Virus genome (UHGV): UHGV-0216968 | Direction: 5' to 3' (one strand) | Length of the DNA: 9,409 bases | Source: a virus | In this document: piece by piece, positions 1 to 6,687 of the stretch | Position numbering within the stretch: position 1 is the first letter of the stretch | Layout of the letters: every line of letters begins with the position of its first letter | Translations under genes and position numbers: made by a program | The notes under the pieces: model-generated | What the model was told of the DNA's origin: nothing | The model's input: only the letters and a program-made list of their open reading frames with translations | Database searches by the model: none

Positions 1-120
1 AACAATAACGGTAAATACCGCACTTACAACTTACGTGGTGAAAGAGTGAAAGATGAAAAACCACAGTTAAGTTTGTTATTGCAAGTGCTGACAGACGAGA
101 AGCGTTTTATCGCTAACTGA
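1..120 (+). CDS. 3' end of flanking chromosomal gene (partial, last 39 codons)
   Basis: Frame 1 is open from the window edge to TGA at 118-120 (...LTDEKRFIAN*). A perfect 10-bp inverted repeat (113-122 / 130-139) overlaps the stop. Product cannot be identified from 39 residues. Confidence 0.35.
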   Translation, partial: NNNGKYRTYNLRGERVKDEKPQLSLLLQVLTDEKRFIAN

Positions 121-152
121 TTAATTATAAATCAGTTAGCAAAATATCTTAC

Positions 153-180
153 TTGCAATCGGTGTGGAAAACGGTAGTAT
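153..180 (+). promoter_or_regulatory. sigma70-like promoter for the tRNA
   Basis: TTGCAA (153-158), 16-bp spacer, TAGTAT (175-180), about 14 nt upstream of the tRNA 5' end. Confidence 0.4.
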
Positions 181-194
181 TAGCAGCCACGAGT

Positions 195-271
195 CGGCAC
201 GTAGCGCAGCCTGGTAGCGCACCGTCATGGGGTGTCGGGGGTCGGAGGTTCAAATCCTCTCGTGCCGACCA
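195..271 (+). tRNA. proL: tRNA-Pro (anticodon GGG)
   Basis: 77-nt cloverleaf: acceptor stem CGGCACG/CGTGCCG, D arm GCGC-AGCCTGGTA-GCGC, anticodon loop ATGGGGT, T arm GGAGG-TTCAAAT-CCTCT, encoded 3' CCA. Matches enterobacterial tRNA-Pro2 as I recall it. Confidence 0.85.
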
Positions 272-306
272 AATTGAATATCGGACAGCATCGGTAACCT
301 ATTGAA

Positions 307-339
307 AGCCCGTTAATTTACTGATTAACGGGCTTTTTT
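307..339 (+). terminator. rho-independent terminator after tRNA-Pro
   Basis: Perfect 11-bp stem AGCCCGTTAAT (307-317) / ATTAACGGGCT (324-334) with a 6-nt loop, followed by a T6 run ending at 339. Confidence 0.7.
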
Positions 340-394
340 GTTGTTTTCAGTCGCCGGATTGAATCGGTAAGATAGGGTTATAACCGGATTTTTT

Positions 395-463
395 AGCTAC
401 ACGTTTAGCTATACGGTCCAGCGTGTAGCTAAAGCCGTATAGCTACGACCAGGCATATAGCTA
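395..463. repeat. five copies of the palindromic hexamer TAGCTA upstream of int
   Basis: TAGCTA at 395, 406, 426, 440 and 458. The copies are arranged as interleaved inverted repeats (TAGCTACACG / CGTGTAGCTA and TAGCTATACGG / CCGTATAGCTA), ending about 18 bp before the int start codon. Confidence 0.6.
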
Positions 464-480
464 CCGATGGGTAAAAAAAC

Positions 481-1722
481 ATGGCACGAAAAACCACCCC
501 ACTAACCATTACGGAGATCAAAAACGCACGACCAGGGGAAAAGGAATACACCCTGCAGGATGGCGGAGGATTATTTCTTCTGGTGAAGCCCTCCGGATCA
601 AAAATATGGCGTTTTACGTACTACCGCCCGGCAGATAAAAAACGGACTATTATCAGCCTTGGATCGCTGAATGATGTTTCCCTGTCTGATGCCAGAGAGC
701 GACGGAATGAATACAGGTCACTAATAGCAAAGGGAACTGACCCACAGGACCATGAACGCCGGAAACGTGAAGCAGAGAGCCGGAAAAAGGGCAACACGTT
801 CGAAAAAGTTGCCTCGGACTGGTACGAGATGAAAAAAGGCCAGAATCTGGCTTACAACACGATTAAGGATATCTGGCGATCCCTGGAAAAATACGTATTC
901 CCGTACATCGGAAACACGCCAATAGATACCCTCACCGCTCGCCGCTTTGTTGAGATACTCACCCCCATTAAAGCACGCGGCAACCTGGAAACTCTGAAAC
1001 GCGTTTTGCAGCGCATCAATGAAGTGATGGATTTTGCCGCCAACAGTGGGCTGATTGACATCAACACCGCCGCGAACGTCCGCAAGGCATTCCCCTCACC
1101 CACCAAAAAGCACATGCCAACCATCCGACCGGAACAGCTACCGCAGCTAATGCACGATTTATCGGTCGCCAGCATAGAACGGCAAACCAGATTGCTGATT
1201 GAGTGGCAACTGCTGACCGTAGCACGCCCAGCCGAAGCAGCCGCCGCACGCTGGGAAGAAATAGATCTCGATGCCGAAACCTGGACGATTCCAGCCGGAC
1301 GCATGAAGATGCGCCGTGACCATGTGATCCCCCTTTGCGGTCAGGCTATGGCTGTACTGGAAACCATGAAGCCAATCAGCGCACACAGGGAACACGTTTT
1401 TCCCAGCCTTAAAAATCCGATGCTGCCAATGAGCAGCCAGACCGCTAACGCTGCATTACGCCGGATGGGTTACGCTGGTGTGCTGGTGTCTCACGGATTA
1501 CGCGCCATATTCAGCACAGCAGCGAACGAGGAAGGATTCGAACCGGACGTAATCGAGGCCGCACTCGCACACGTGGACACGAACGAGGTAAGGCGGGCAT
1601 ATAACCGAAGTAACTACCTGGAAAAGCGCGTGGTGCTTATGCGCTGGTGGGGTGAATTTGTGGAGGCTGCAGCTACCGGAGTGACCATAGCCAGCGGTAA
1701 AAGGGGTATCCGTGCCGTGTAG
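481..1722 (+). CDS. int: P4-family tyrosine integrase, 413 aa
   Basis: ATG at 481 preceded by an A-rich leader. The N-terminal region (LQDGGGLFLLVKPSGSKIWRFTYYR) is typical of the arm-binding domain of P4-like integrases. The C-terminal catalytic region carries RRDHVIPL, HGLRAIFST and RRAYNRSNY (putative catalytic Tyr). It lies immediately downstream of a tRNA gene. Confidence 0.93.
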   Translation: MARKTTPLTITEIKNARPGEKEYTLQDGGGLFLLVKPSGSKIWRFTYYRPADKKRTIISLGSLNDVSLSDARERRNEYRSLIAKGTDPQDHERRKREAESRKKGNTFEKVASDWYEMKKGQNLAYNTIKDIWRSLEKYVFPYIGNTPIDTLTARRFVEILTPIKARGNLETLKRVLQRINEVMDFAANSGLIDINTAANVRKAFPSPTKKHMPTIRPEQLPQLMHDLSVASIERQTRLLIEWQLLTVARPAEAAAARWEEIDLDAETWTIPAGRMKMRRDHVIPLCGQAMAVLETMKPISAHREHVFPSLKNPMLPMSSQTANAALRRMGYAGVLVSHGLRAIFSTAANEEGFEPDVIEAALAHVDTNEVRRAYNRSNYLEKRVVLMRWWGEFVEAAATGVTIASGKRGIRAV

Positions 1723-1820
1723 CTGTACAAAAAGCCAGTAAAAGCGATGCAAACCATGCCAAACCATCGTATAATTGCCACAAATTTAACGACAAGGCCG
1801 GAGTATATGAAAATTCTATT

Positions 1821-2051
1821 ATGCAAAATACCACCGCCTACGGCGAAGGGCTGCAACTGGCGTTAATGGCAAATCGTGAATTCTGGTCAACATACGATCC
1901 GGAAGACAAATCAACAGCCCCCACAAAACACGAGGTAGTCAGTTTTTTGCGCTCGCGTGGTGCATCGAAAAATCTGGCTGAAAGCATCGACAAGGTGCTG
2001 AGGCCCACCAGCCTTAAATGCGGTGGGCGACCTAAGAAGTGGAAACGGTAA
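1821..2051 (+). CDS. hypothetical small protein, 76 aa, basic C-terminal tail (GGRPKKWKR)
   Basis: ORF with ATG at 1821. A TATAAT box lies upstream at 1770-1775 and a terminator hairpin immediately follows the stop. No clear Shine-Dalgarno and no recognisable family. Confidence 0.35.
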   Translation: MQNTTAYGEGLQLALMANREFWSTYDPEDKSTAPTKHEVVSFLRSRGASKNLAESIDKVLRPTSLKCGGRPKKWKR

Positions 2052-2056
2052 TCACA

Positions 2057-2086
2057 ATAGCGGCCCTTTGCGGTCGCTATTTTTTT
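2057..2086 (+). terminator. rho-independent terminator
   Basis: Stem ATAGCGGCC (2057-2065) / GGTCGCTAT (2072-2080) with one G-U wobble, then T6 (2081-2086). Confidence 0.6.
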
Positions 2087-2122
2087 GCAGAAAGAAAAGC
2101 GTAATCAATGAGATAAAAAACA

Positions 2123-2156
2123 GTGGGTACCGTTTTAAAACGGTGGGTACTGTTTT
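2123..2156. promoter_or_regulatory. operator-like site upstream of alpA
   Basis: Direct repeat GTGGGTACCGTTTT (2123-2136) and GTGGGTACTGTTTT (2143-2156) enclosing a perfect 16-bp palindrome ACCGTTTTAAAACGGT (2129-2144), about 65 bp upstream of the alpA start. Confidence 0.4.
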
Positions 2157-2221
2157 TCCCGCCCTGCCCTGTTTTACCGTATTTATCACCGGAATACGCC
2201 GGATTAACGAGGTAAAACATA

Positions 2222-2428
2222 GTGGAAACAATCAGAAAAATACTTACCCGTCAGGAAGTAAAAAATATTCTGCGCATCAAGGCAGACAGTTCGCTACAGG
2301 ACATGATCAACGCCGGAAAATTCCCGAAAGGCTTCAAAATCGGTCTGCGTCGTGTTGGCTGGTATGAAGATGAAGTGCTGGCCTGGCTGAAAGAGCGCGA
2401 GGAAGAAGCGCGCGGAACGGCTGCGTAA
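2222..2428 (+). CDS. alpA: AlpA-family (MerR-like HTH) regulator/excisionase-like protein, 68 aa
   Basis: GTG start at 2222 with GAGG at 2208-2211. Translation METIRKILTRQEVKNILRIKADSSLQDMINAGKFPKGFKIGLRRVGWYEDEVLAWL has the characteristic AlpA pattern (R-VGW-E-EV-AWL). Position directly after int is typical for Gram-negative PICI/P4-like islands. Confidence 0.85.
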   Translation: METIRKILTRQEVKNILRIKADSSLQDMINAGKFPKGFKIGLRRVGWYEDEVLAWLKEREEEARGTAA

Positions 2429-2578
2429 TGGTGTGAGGCGTAACGCGATGAACATAACAAAAAGCGCCCCGTTGCCGGAGCGCCCTTGCGAACAATTAAC
2501 CTGCTGCGAAAAAAATGGATCAGTGCAGGGGAATTATATCAACCGTGTGGCGAAGCGCCACAATTGCCGGATAACGGG

Positions 2579-2607
2579 CAAAACAAAGGCGACCGGGGGC
2601 GGTCGCC
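2579..2607 (-). terminator. rho-independent terminator on the minus strand
   Basis: Perfect 8-bp inverted repeat GGCGACCG-ggg-CGGTCGCC (2588-2607). On the minus strand it is followed by UUUGUUUUG (plus-strand 2579-2587). Lies about 68 bp downstream of the minus-strand small ORF. Confidence 0.45.
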
Positions 2608-2674
2608 AATGGATATACACTAAACTTGAACGCATCACCAACAATGCCACATTTGCGGCTGGTGGGCAATGTGA

Positions 2675-2854
2675 TCAGTCAGATTTGGTTCGTTCCAAGG
2701 TTTGCAACGAGAGCTTTTTCCTGTGCTCTTTAAGGAATTTCTCAAGAGCAAACGAACAAGGTGCGAATCTTTCTGATTCATGTTCATGCGCTATATTTTT
2801 GCGTCGTCTCTTACGAGTTGGCGATGGTGTTTTGGTTGATTCTGTGTCGCTCAT
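2675..2854 (-). CDS. hypothetical small basic protein, 59 aa (MSDTESTKTPSPTRKRRRKNIAHEHESERFAPCSFALEKFLKEHRKKLSLQTLERTKSD)
   Basis: Hand-translated minus-strand ORF, below the size cut-off of the supplied ORF track. ATG at 2854-2852 with AGGA 7 nt upstream, TGA at 2677-2675. Sits 57 bp downstream of the RHH gene on the same strand and before a minus-strand terminator. No family recognised. Confidence 0.3.
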   Translation of the reverse strand: MSDTESTKTPSPTRKRRRKNIAHEHESERFAPCSFALEKFLKEHRKKLSLQTLERTKSD

Positions 2855-2911
2855 GGTGCTGTCCTGTAAAGCAATGCGCCTGCGTTCCTCAAACTATGGC
2901 GCTGATAGTGG

Positions 2912-3217
2912 CTATTCCTGCTCTTTGACCTTGCGTCGCTGGAGTTCTTCACGCGCGACGGTGACGAGTTGCCCGATCTCCTCGGCGGCTTTGACTCCGA
3001 TTTTTTCCACCTGCGCTAGGGCATCGAGCGAAGAAACCAGGAGGTTTTCTCCGCTTCCTTCTGCCTGGCGGCGGGCGATTTCACCGCGCATGGCGGTTAC
3101 TATGAATCCGGCGTTGCTTTCACCGTCCAGTTTTACGGATTCCATGCCTTCAATAACATCATGCGGGATCCGAGCTGTCAGTGATTGTGATTTTGCGTTT
3201 TTTGAACCTGTAGCCAT
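2912..3217 (-). CDS. ribbon-helix-helix-type DNA-binding protein, candidate island regulator, 101 aa
   Basis: ATG at 3217-3215 with GAGAGG about 7 nt upstream. The ORF-track start at 3232 is a TTG that contains this Shine-Dalgarno. N-terminal SLTARIPHDVIEGMESVKL fits the strand-helix pattern of Arc/CopG/MetJ RHH domains. Transcribed divergently from the downstream operon. Confidence 0.6.
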   Translation of the reverse strand: MATGSKNAKSQSLTARIPHDVIEGMESVKLDGESNAGFIVTAMRGEIARRQAEGSGENLLVSSLDALAQVEKIGVKAAEEIGQLVTVAREELQRRKVKEQE

Positions 3218-3238
3218 CTGTAATCCTCTCAATGAAAG

Positions 3239-3315
3239 TGTAAGACAATATACACATAAAAAGTCTTACATAAAAGCATTGACATGTAAGCCACCTATAA
3301 ATAAAGTTACTTACA
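3239..3315. promoter_or_regulatory. divergent promoter/operator region
   Basis: Rightward promoter TTGACA (3279-3284), 17 bp, TAAAGT (3302-3307). Leftward -10 candidate TATATT on the minus strand (3247-3252). Four copies of TGTAAG/CTTACA (3239-3244, 3265-3270, 3285-3290, 3310-3315) including the inverted repeat TGTAAGAC (3239-3246) / GTCTTACA (3263-3270). Hairpin CACCTTG-ttaatg-CAAGGTG at 3314-3333 in the rightward leader. Confidence 0.45.
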
Positions 3316-3413
3316 CCTTGTTAATGCAAGGTGCAGAAACGACGAAACCCCGCACTGTAGGAGCAGTAACGGGGCTTCTAACCACCAACGATAGCAAGAT
3401 TATCGAGGTAGCT

Positions 3414-3620
3414 ATGTTAAATCATACCACACACCCGCAAGGGCGGGACTCGCACAACCTGAATAAATACATCTGGCGTTTTATCGCCCTGAGCACGGCA
3501 CAACCGCGCGTGATTCACATCGTGGCCACCAGCGAACAGGAAGCCCGTCAACAATCACCGGCTGGCTGCGTGATGGTATTCGCCGCCCGTATTCGTCAGG
3601 AGGTGCACCATGTGCAATAA
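3414..3620 (+). CDS. hypothetical small protein, 68 aa
   Basis: ATG at 3414 with GAGG at 3405-3408. It is the C-terminal part of the implausible 395-aa track ORF. First gene after the rightward promoter and its stop overlaps the next start. Product unknown. Confidence 0.4.
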   Translation: MLNHTTHPQGRDSHNLNKYIWRFIALSTAQPRVIHIVATSEQEARQQSPAGCVMVFAARIRQEVHHVQ

Positions 3621-3846
3621 CACCTGTCCGGACGCAGCCGCCGAAGCTATCAAAACACTGATTGATGCGCTGATTGATATTTCTGTTATCGCGGACAGGG
3701 CGCATAAGCACGCTACCAGTGAAACAGAATATGCCGGGGCTTTCGTTCCTCACTCACTGGCTGTTATGCAATTTAGTGCTGATATGGCGCTGAATGAGGC
3801 AGGCAAAATTCTTACCGCAGATATTCAGGGGGCGCACCATGCATGA
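3610..3846 (+). CDS. hypothetical protein, 78 aa
   Basis: ATG at 3610 preceded by AGGAGG (3597-3602). Start overlaps the upstream stop (ATGTGCAATAA), indicating translational coupling. Confidence 0.5.
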   Translation: MCNNTCPDAAAEAIKTLIDALIDISVIADRAHKHATSETEYAGAFVPHSLAVMQFSADMALNEAGKILTADIQGAHHA

Positions 3847-4066
3847 TGACCGTTATTTTAAATCAATGAGCCATGCAGAAAATGCGCTGACTAACAGTGA
3901 ATGCTTGCGGCAAATATTGCTTATCTGGCTTGATGGTTTAAGTGATGCGCCGGAAGATGAACGTGAATCTAATCTTGCTGGTGCGTTTATTTCATTACTC
4001 GACACAGTAATCGTCGAATTAAATAAAGCGATCGAAATTCACGATAAAAAAATAAACGCGGAATAA
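3839..4066 (+). CDS. hypothetical protein, 75 aa
   Basis: ATG at 3839 with AGGGGG at 3825-3830, overlapping the upstream stop (ATGCATGA). The track ORF starts at an in-frame ATG at 3794 that has no Shine-Dalgarno and a 53-nt overlap. Confidence 0.45.
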   Translation: MHDDRYFKSMSHAENALTNSECLRQILLIWLDGLSDAPEDERESNLAGAFISLLDTVIVELNKAIEIHDKKINAE

Positions 4067-4071
4067 AAACC

Positions 4072-4371
4072 ATGAAACAGAAAATTTCTGGCTTTACTGC
4101 CAGCGGCCTCCCTCGGCCTGAAATCTGCCCCGGCGATATTTACCGGGATAAATACGGCAGCACGGTAATGATTAAAGGTGTTGCCGGACGGTGCGTTACT
4201 TACCGCCGTGAAGGTTATGAATATGACTGCGTGATGCCTGTTTATCAGTTCCGGCGTGATTTTTCTCTGGTACAGAACGCAACACGCGGTAAGCCCACCA
4301 GTTGGGAAAAAGCACGGGAAAATATTAAGAAAATAAAAAGCATGCTCAGCGCATCCAGAGGTAAAAAATGA
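4072..4371 (+). CDS. hypothetical protein, 99 aa
   Basis: ATG at 4072. Its stop overlaps the start of the replication gene (ATGA at 4368-4371). Basic C-terminus. No recognisable family. Confidence 0.5.
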   Translation: MKQKISGFTASGLPRPEICPGDIYRDKYGSTVMIKGVAGRCVTYRREGYEYDCVMPVYQFRRDFSLVQNATRGKPTSWEKARENIKKIKSMLSASRGKK

Positions 4372-5774
4372 AACTGGCACCGAACGTAAAACTGTTACCG
4401 AAAGATAAACACACTGAGGCGGTTATTTTTGCGGGTGATAATGCTCACTCCTTTGCAGAACATTACATGATTGCACAGGCCAAAAAAGCAGGCGATCCCA
4501 TCCCTCCGGTTTACCTGGGCCGTTATCAGTTAAGCGAACTGGACAATTTACAGATTGTTGATGAAGGACGATACAGAGCAAAGGTCATACGCGCCGGAAA
4601 CCTGGACGATATGCAGATGCTGACCATTGCCACCAAACTGGCGATCGCAGGTGTCCGGGAAGCGCGGTTACTTTCAGAGAATTTCGAACTACTGGAAGAC
4701 TGGAGCGAGCAACTACCGCGCCTTAAAGAAACCTGGGAACGTGGGGAAAGCCTGGTCATGAATGGTGGAAAGCGAAAAATCACACTTCCCATCTCATGGG
4801 GTTCTGAGGGATTCGACGCGCAGCAAAGCTACGTAATTAAGGGGCTTATTCCGGCTGAATCATTATGCAGCACCTACGGGGCCAGCGGCTCTTATAAATC
4901 GTTCCTGGCTATTTCCTGGTCGTGCCATGTTGCCACAGGTATGGCATGGGGAGGCCGCAGGGTCAGTAAGGGCGCGGTTATCTATATAGCTGGTGAAGGC
5001 AGCATGGGCGTAAAACGCCGCGTTAAGGCGTGGGAGATAACCCACGACAAGGTGGTTACAGATTTGTGCATCATTAACGCGCCTGTTTTCCCTGCATCGC
5101 CTGACTATGTGGAGCAGGTTATCAGAACTGCCGGACTTGTTAAGAGCAGAACGGGCGAAAATGTGCGGCTGATTGTGATAGACACGCTGGCCCGTTGCTT
5201 TGGTGGGAATGATGAAAATGATTCCCGTGATATGGGCGCATTTATCCAGGGGTGTGACGCGATAAAGCAGGCCACAGGGGCCACGGTGCTGGTGGTTCAC
5301 CATTCCGGCAAGGATGAAACAAAGGGGGCGCGTGGTTCCAGCGCATTCCGTGCCGCACTGGATGCAGAGTACCGAATCAGCCGGGAAAATTCAGACGTTA
5401 CAGCACTGGTGGCGGCGTGTACGAAGATGAAGGACGCAGAGGAGCCAAAAGAAAGCGCATACGACCTTAAAAGCGTGGAGGTGTTTACCGATACAGATGG
5501 CGAAGAGATTGTGTCCATGGTGGTGATTGACGTTCCCCGCGCCCCTGCTGAACTGGAACGCATCGAGGAGGCCGGGAACAAGACGGAAAATCACACGGCT
5601 TTATGGGGTTGTATCCGGTCACGTATACAGCATGGTGATAAATGCACGATCCCGCTGCTACGTGATGACATGAAAAAGCTGGGATATGACACAAAACACC
5701 TTAAACGATGGTTAGCCAAACTGGAAAAAGACGGCGTGATTTGCGTCGATGGGGATGATGTTCACCCACTGTAA
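4368..5774 (+). CDS. replication protein: RecA-superfamily RepA/DnaB-like ATPase, 468 aa
   Basis: ATG at 4368 with AGAGG at 4357-4361. Contains a P-loop-like YGASGSYKS, Walker B-like RLIVIDTL and a VLVVHHSGKD motif characteristic of RepA-type replicative helicases. The C-terminal ~60 aa look like a small DNA-binding domain. Iterons follow immediately downstream. Confidence 0.85.
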   Translation: MKLAPNVKLLPKDKHTEAVIFAGDNAHSFAEHYMIAQAKKAGDPIPPVYLGRYQLSELDNLQIVDEGRYRAKVIRAGNLDDMQMLTIATKLAIAGVREARLLSENFELLEDWSEQLPRLKETWERGESLVMNGGKRKITLPISWGSEGFDAQQSYVIKGLIPAESLCSTYGASGSYKSFLAISWSCHVATGMAWGGRRVSKGAVIYIAGEGSMGVKRRVKAWEITHDKVVTDLCIINAPVFPASPDYVEQVIRTAGLVKSRTGENVRLIVIDTLARCFGGNDENDSRDMGAFIQGCDAIKQATGATVLVVHHSGKDETKGARGSSAFRAALDAEYRISRENSDVTALVAACTKMKDAEEPKESAYDLKSVEVFTDTDGEEIVSMVVIDVPRAPAELERIEEAGNKTENHTALWGCIRSRIQHGDKCTIPLLRDDMKKLGYDTKHLKRWLAKLEKDGVICVDGDDVHPL

Positions 5775-5973
5775 AAAGTGGGCGTTAAAAGTGGGAATAG
5801 TGGGTAATTTAACTGGAATTTAACAAAATCGCCCACTTTCCCACATGTATACATCCCAAAAAGTGGGCACTAAAAAAATTCTTATGAAACAGTACGATAT
5901 AAAACCACAAAATCCCAGGTGGGACGAAGTGGGAAACCATGAAAAGTGGGTAGAAAAAGTGGGCACAGGTGGG
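5765..5973. repeat. iteron cluster, putative origin of replication
   Basis: At least 12 copies of GTGGG (consensus about AAGTGGG): plus-strand at 5778, 5791, 5800, 5863, 5919, 5929, 5946, 5959 and 5969, inverted at 5765-5769, 5832-5836 and 5840-5844. They flank an AT-rich stretch at about 5868-5915. Confidence 0.6.
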
Positions 5974-5976
5974 CGC

Positions 5977-6228
5977 ATGACCAGAAAAACCAGAGATAAG
6001 ACAGCACCAAAATATCGCGCATTAGACATGACAGAGCACGCCTTAAAGGTGGCAATCAGAACGATAGACCGCCACGCCGGAGAAGGATACGCGAAAGCAC
6101 ATCCCGAACTGATAAGCGCATTCATGACCACGACGGCGGCAAATTTTGCCACGCTGACAGAGCGGGAGATTGCCGAAGCGGAACAGGTAACAACAATCAA
6201 CGTTAAAACCGGAGAGGTGGAATCATGA
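5977..6228 (+). CDS. hypothetical protein, 83 aa
   Basis: ATG at 5977 preferred over the track start at 5845, because 5845-5976 is occupied by the iterons. Stop overlaps the SSB start (ATGA at 6225-6228). Confidence 0.4.
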   Translation: MTRKTRDKTAPKYRALDMTEHALKVAIRTIDRHAGEGYAKAHPELISAFMTTTAANFATLTEREIAEAEQVTTINVKTGEVES

Positions 6229-6647
6229 CAGCACAGATAGCGGCTTACGGGCGGCTGGTGGCTGACCCGCAGTTAAAGACCACCAGCAAAGGGACACAAA
6301 TGGCGATGGCGAGTATGGCGGTTCCCCTGCCGTGCAGCCAGGCAGATGACGGAACGGCGACGATGTGGTTATCTGTCCTGGCGTTTGGCAGACAGGCCGA
6401 CGCACTGGCAAAACACCACAAAGGCGAACTCCTGAGCGTGGCGGGTAACATGCAGGTGAGCCAGTGGACAGGCCAGAACGGCGAAACGCGGCAGGGCTGG
6501 CAGGTTATCGCAGACAGTGTAATCAGTGCCAGAACGGCGCGACCGGGCGGCAAAAAAGGTCAACAGGGCCAGGCCACTGACGCACTGAACAGGGCAAAAC
6601 AACAGTCAGGGAATGATGATCCGTACAGGGATGACATACCGTTTTAA
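6225..6647 (+). CDS. ssb: single-stranded DNA-binding protein, 140 aa
   Basis: GGAGAGGTGG (6211-6220) precedes the ATG at 6225. OB-fold-like N-terminal region (AYGRLVADPQLKTTSKG..., WLSVLAFGRQADAL...). Gly/Gln-rich linker and a C-terminal acidic tail DDPYRDDIPF, ending in the DDIPF-type motif that is the hallmark of bacterial and phage SSBs. Confidence 0.8.
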   Translation: MTAQIAAYGRLVADPQLKTTSKGTQMAMASMAVPLPCSQADDGTATMWLSVLAFGRQADALAKHHKGELLSVAGNMQVSQWTGQNGETRQGWQVIADSVISARTARPGGKKGQQGQATDALNRAKQQSGNDDPYRDDIPF

Positions 6648-6655
6648 GCAACGAG

Positions 6656-6687
6656 TGACAGAAGCCGGAGCAATCCGGCTTCTGTCA
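6656..6687 (+). other. very stable hairpin, possible terminator or attenuator between replication and capsid modules
   Basis: Perfect 14-bp stem TGACAGAAGCCGGA (6656-6669) / TCCGGCTTCTGTCA (6674-6687) with loop GCAA, 9 nt after the SSB stop. No U-tract follows. A second imperfect hairpin at 6717-6734 is preceded by A8 (6709-6716), so it is terminator-like on the minus strand. Confidence 0.4.

Noticed and set aside
852-1767. Minus-strand ORFs (852-1304, 1061-1249, 1159-1395, 1498-1767) inside the integrase gene
   Set aside because: They lie antisense within a strongly supported integrase CDS and have no ribosome-binding sites. Typical shadow ORFs of GC-rich coding sequence.
2251-2460. Minus-strand 69-aa ORF overlapping alpA
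   Set aside because: Antisense to the well-supported AlpA CDS.
2675-3217. Toxin-antitoxin interpretation of the RHH gene plus downstream small ORF
   Set aside because: Gene order (RHH first, small ORF second) is TA-like, but the RHH protein is long for an antitoxin and the 59-aa basic protein resembles no toxin family I recognise. Kept only as a regulator hypothesis.
2433-3620. 395-aa plus-strand ORF
   Set aside because: Low-complexity, Ser/Cys/Arg-rich translation with no Shine-Dalgarno. It runs antisense through the well-supported RHH gene and the divergent promoter region. Only its last 68 codons (3414-3620) look like a real gene.
3794-3838. Upstream ATG at 3794 as start of the third small ORF
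   Set aside because: No Shine-Dalgarno, and it would overlap the preceding gene by 53 nt. ATG 3839 has AGGGGG upstream and the usual ATGCATGA coupling overlap.
4526-5694. Minus-strand ORFs (4526-4792, 4863-5303, 5297-5581, 5391-5594, 5485-5694) inside the replication gene
   Set aside because: Antisense shadow ORFs within the RepA-like CDS. No independent support.
5765-5973. CRISPR array
   Set aside because: The repeats are only 5-7 bp, irregularly spaced and in both orientations. This is iteron behaviour, not CRISPR repeat-spacer architecture. No cas genes are present.
5820-6200. Minus-strand 126-aa ORF and the 5845 start for the plus-strand ORF
   Set aside because: Both overlap the iteron array and AT-rich origin. 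The plus-strand gene more plausibly starts at ATG 5977.
6223-6602. Minus-strand ORFs (6223-6411, 6245-6553, 6369-6602) overlapping ssb
   Set aside because: Antisense to a CDS with a clear SSB signature and translational coupling to the upstream gene.
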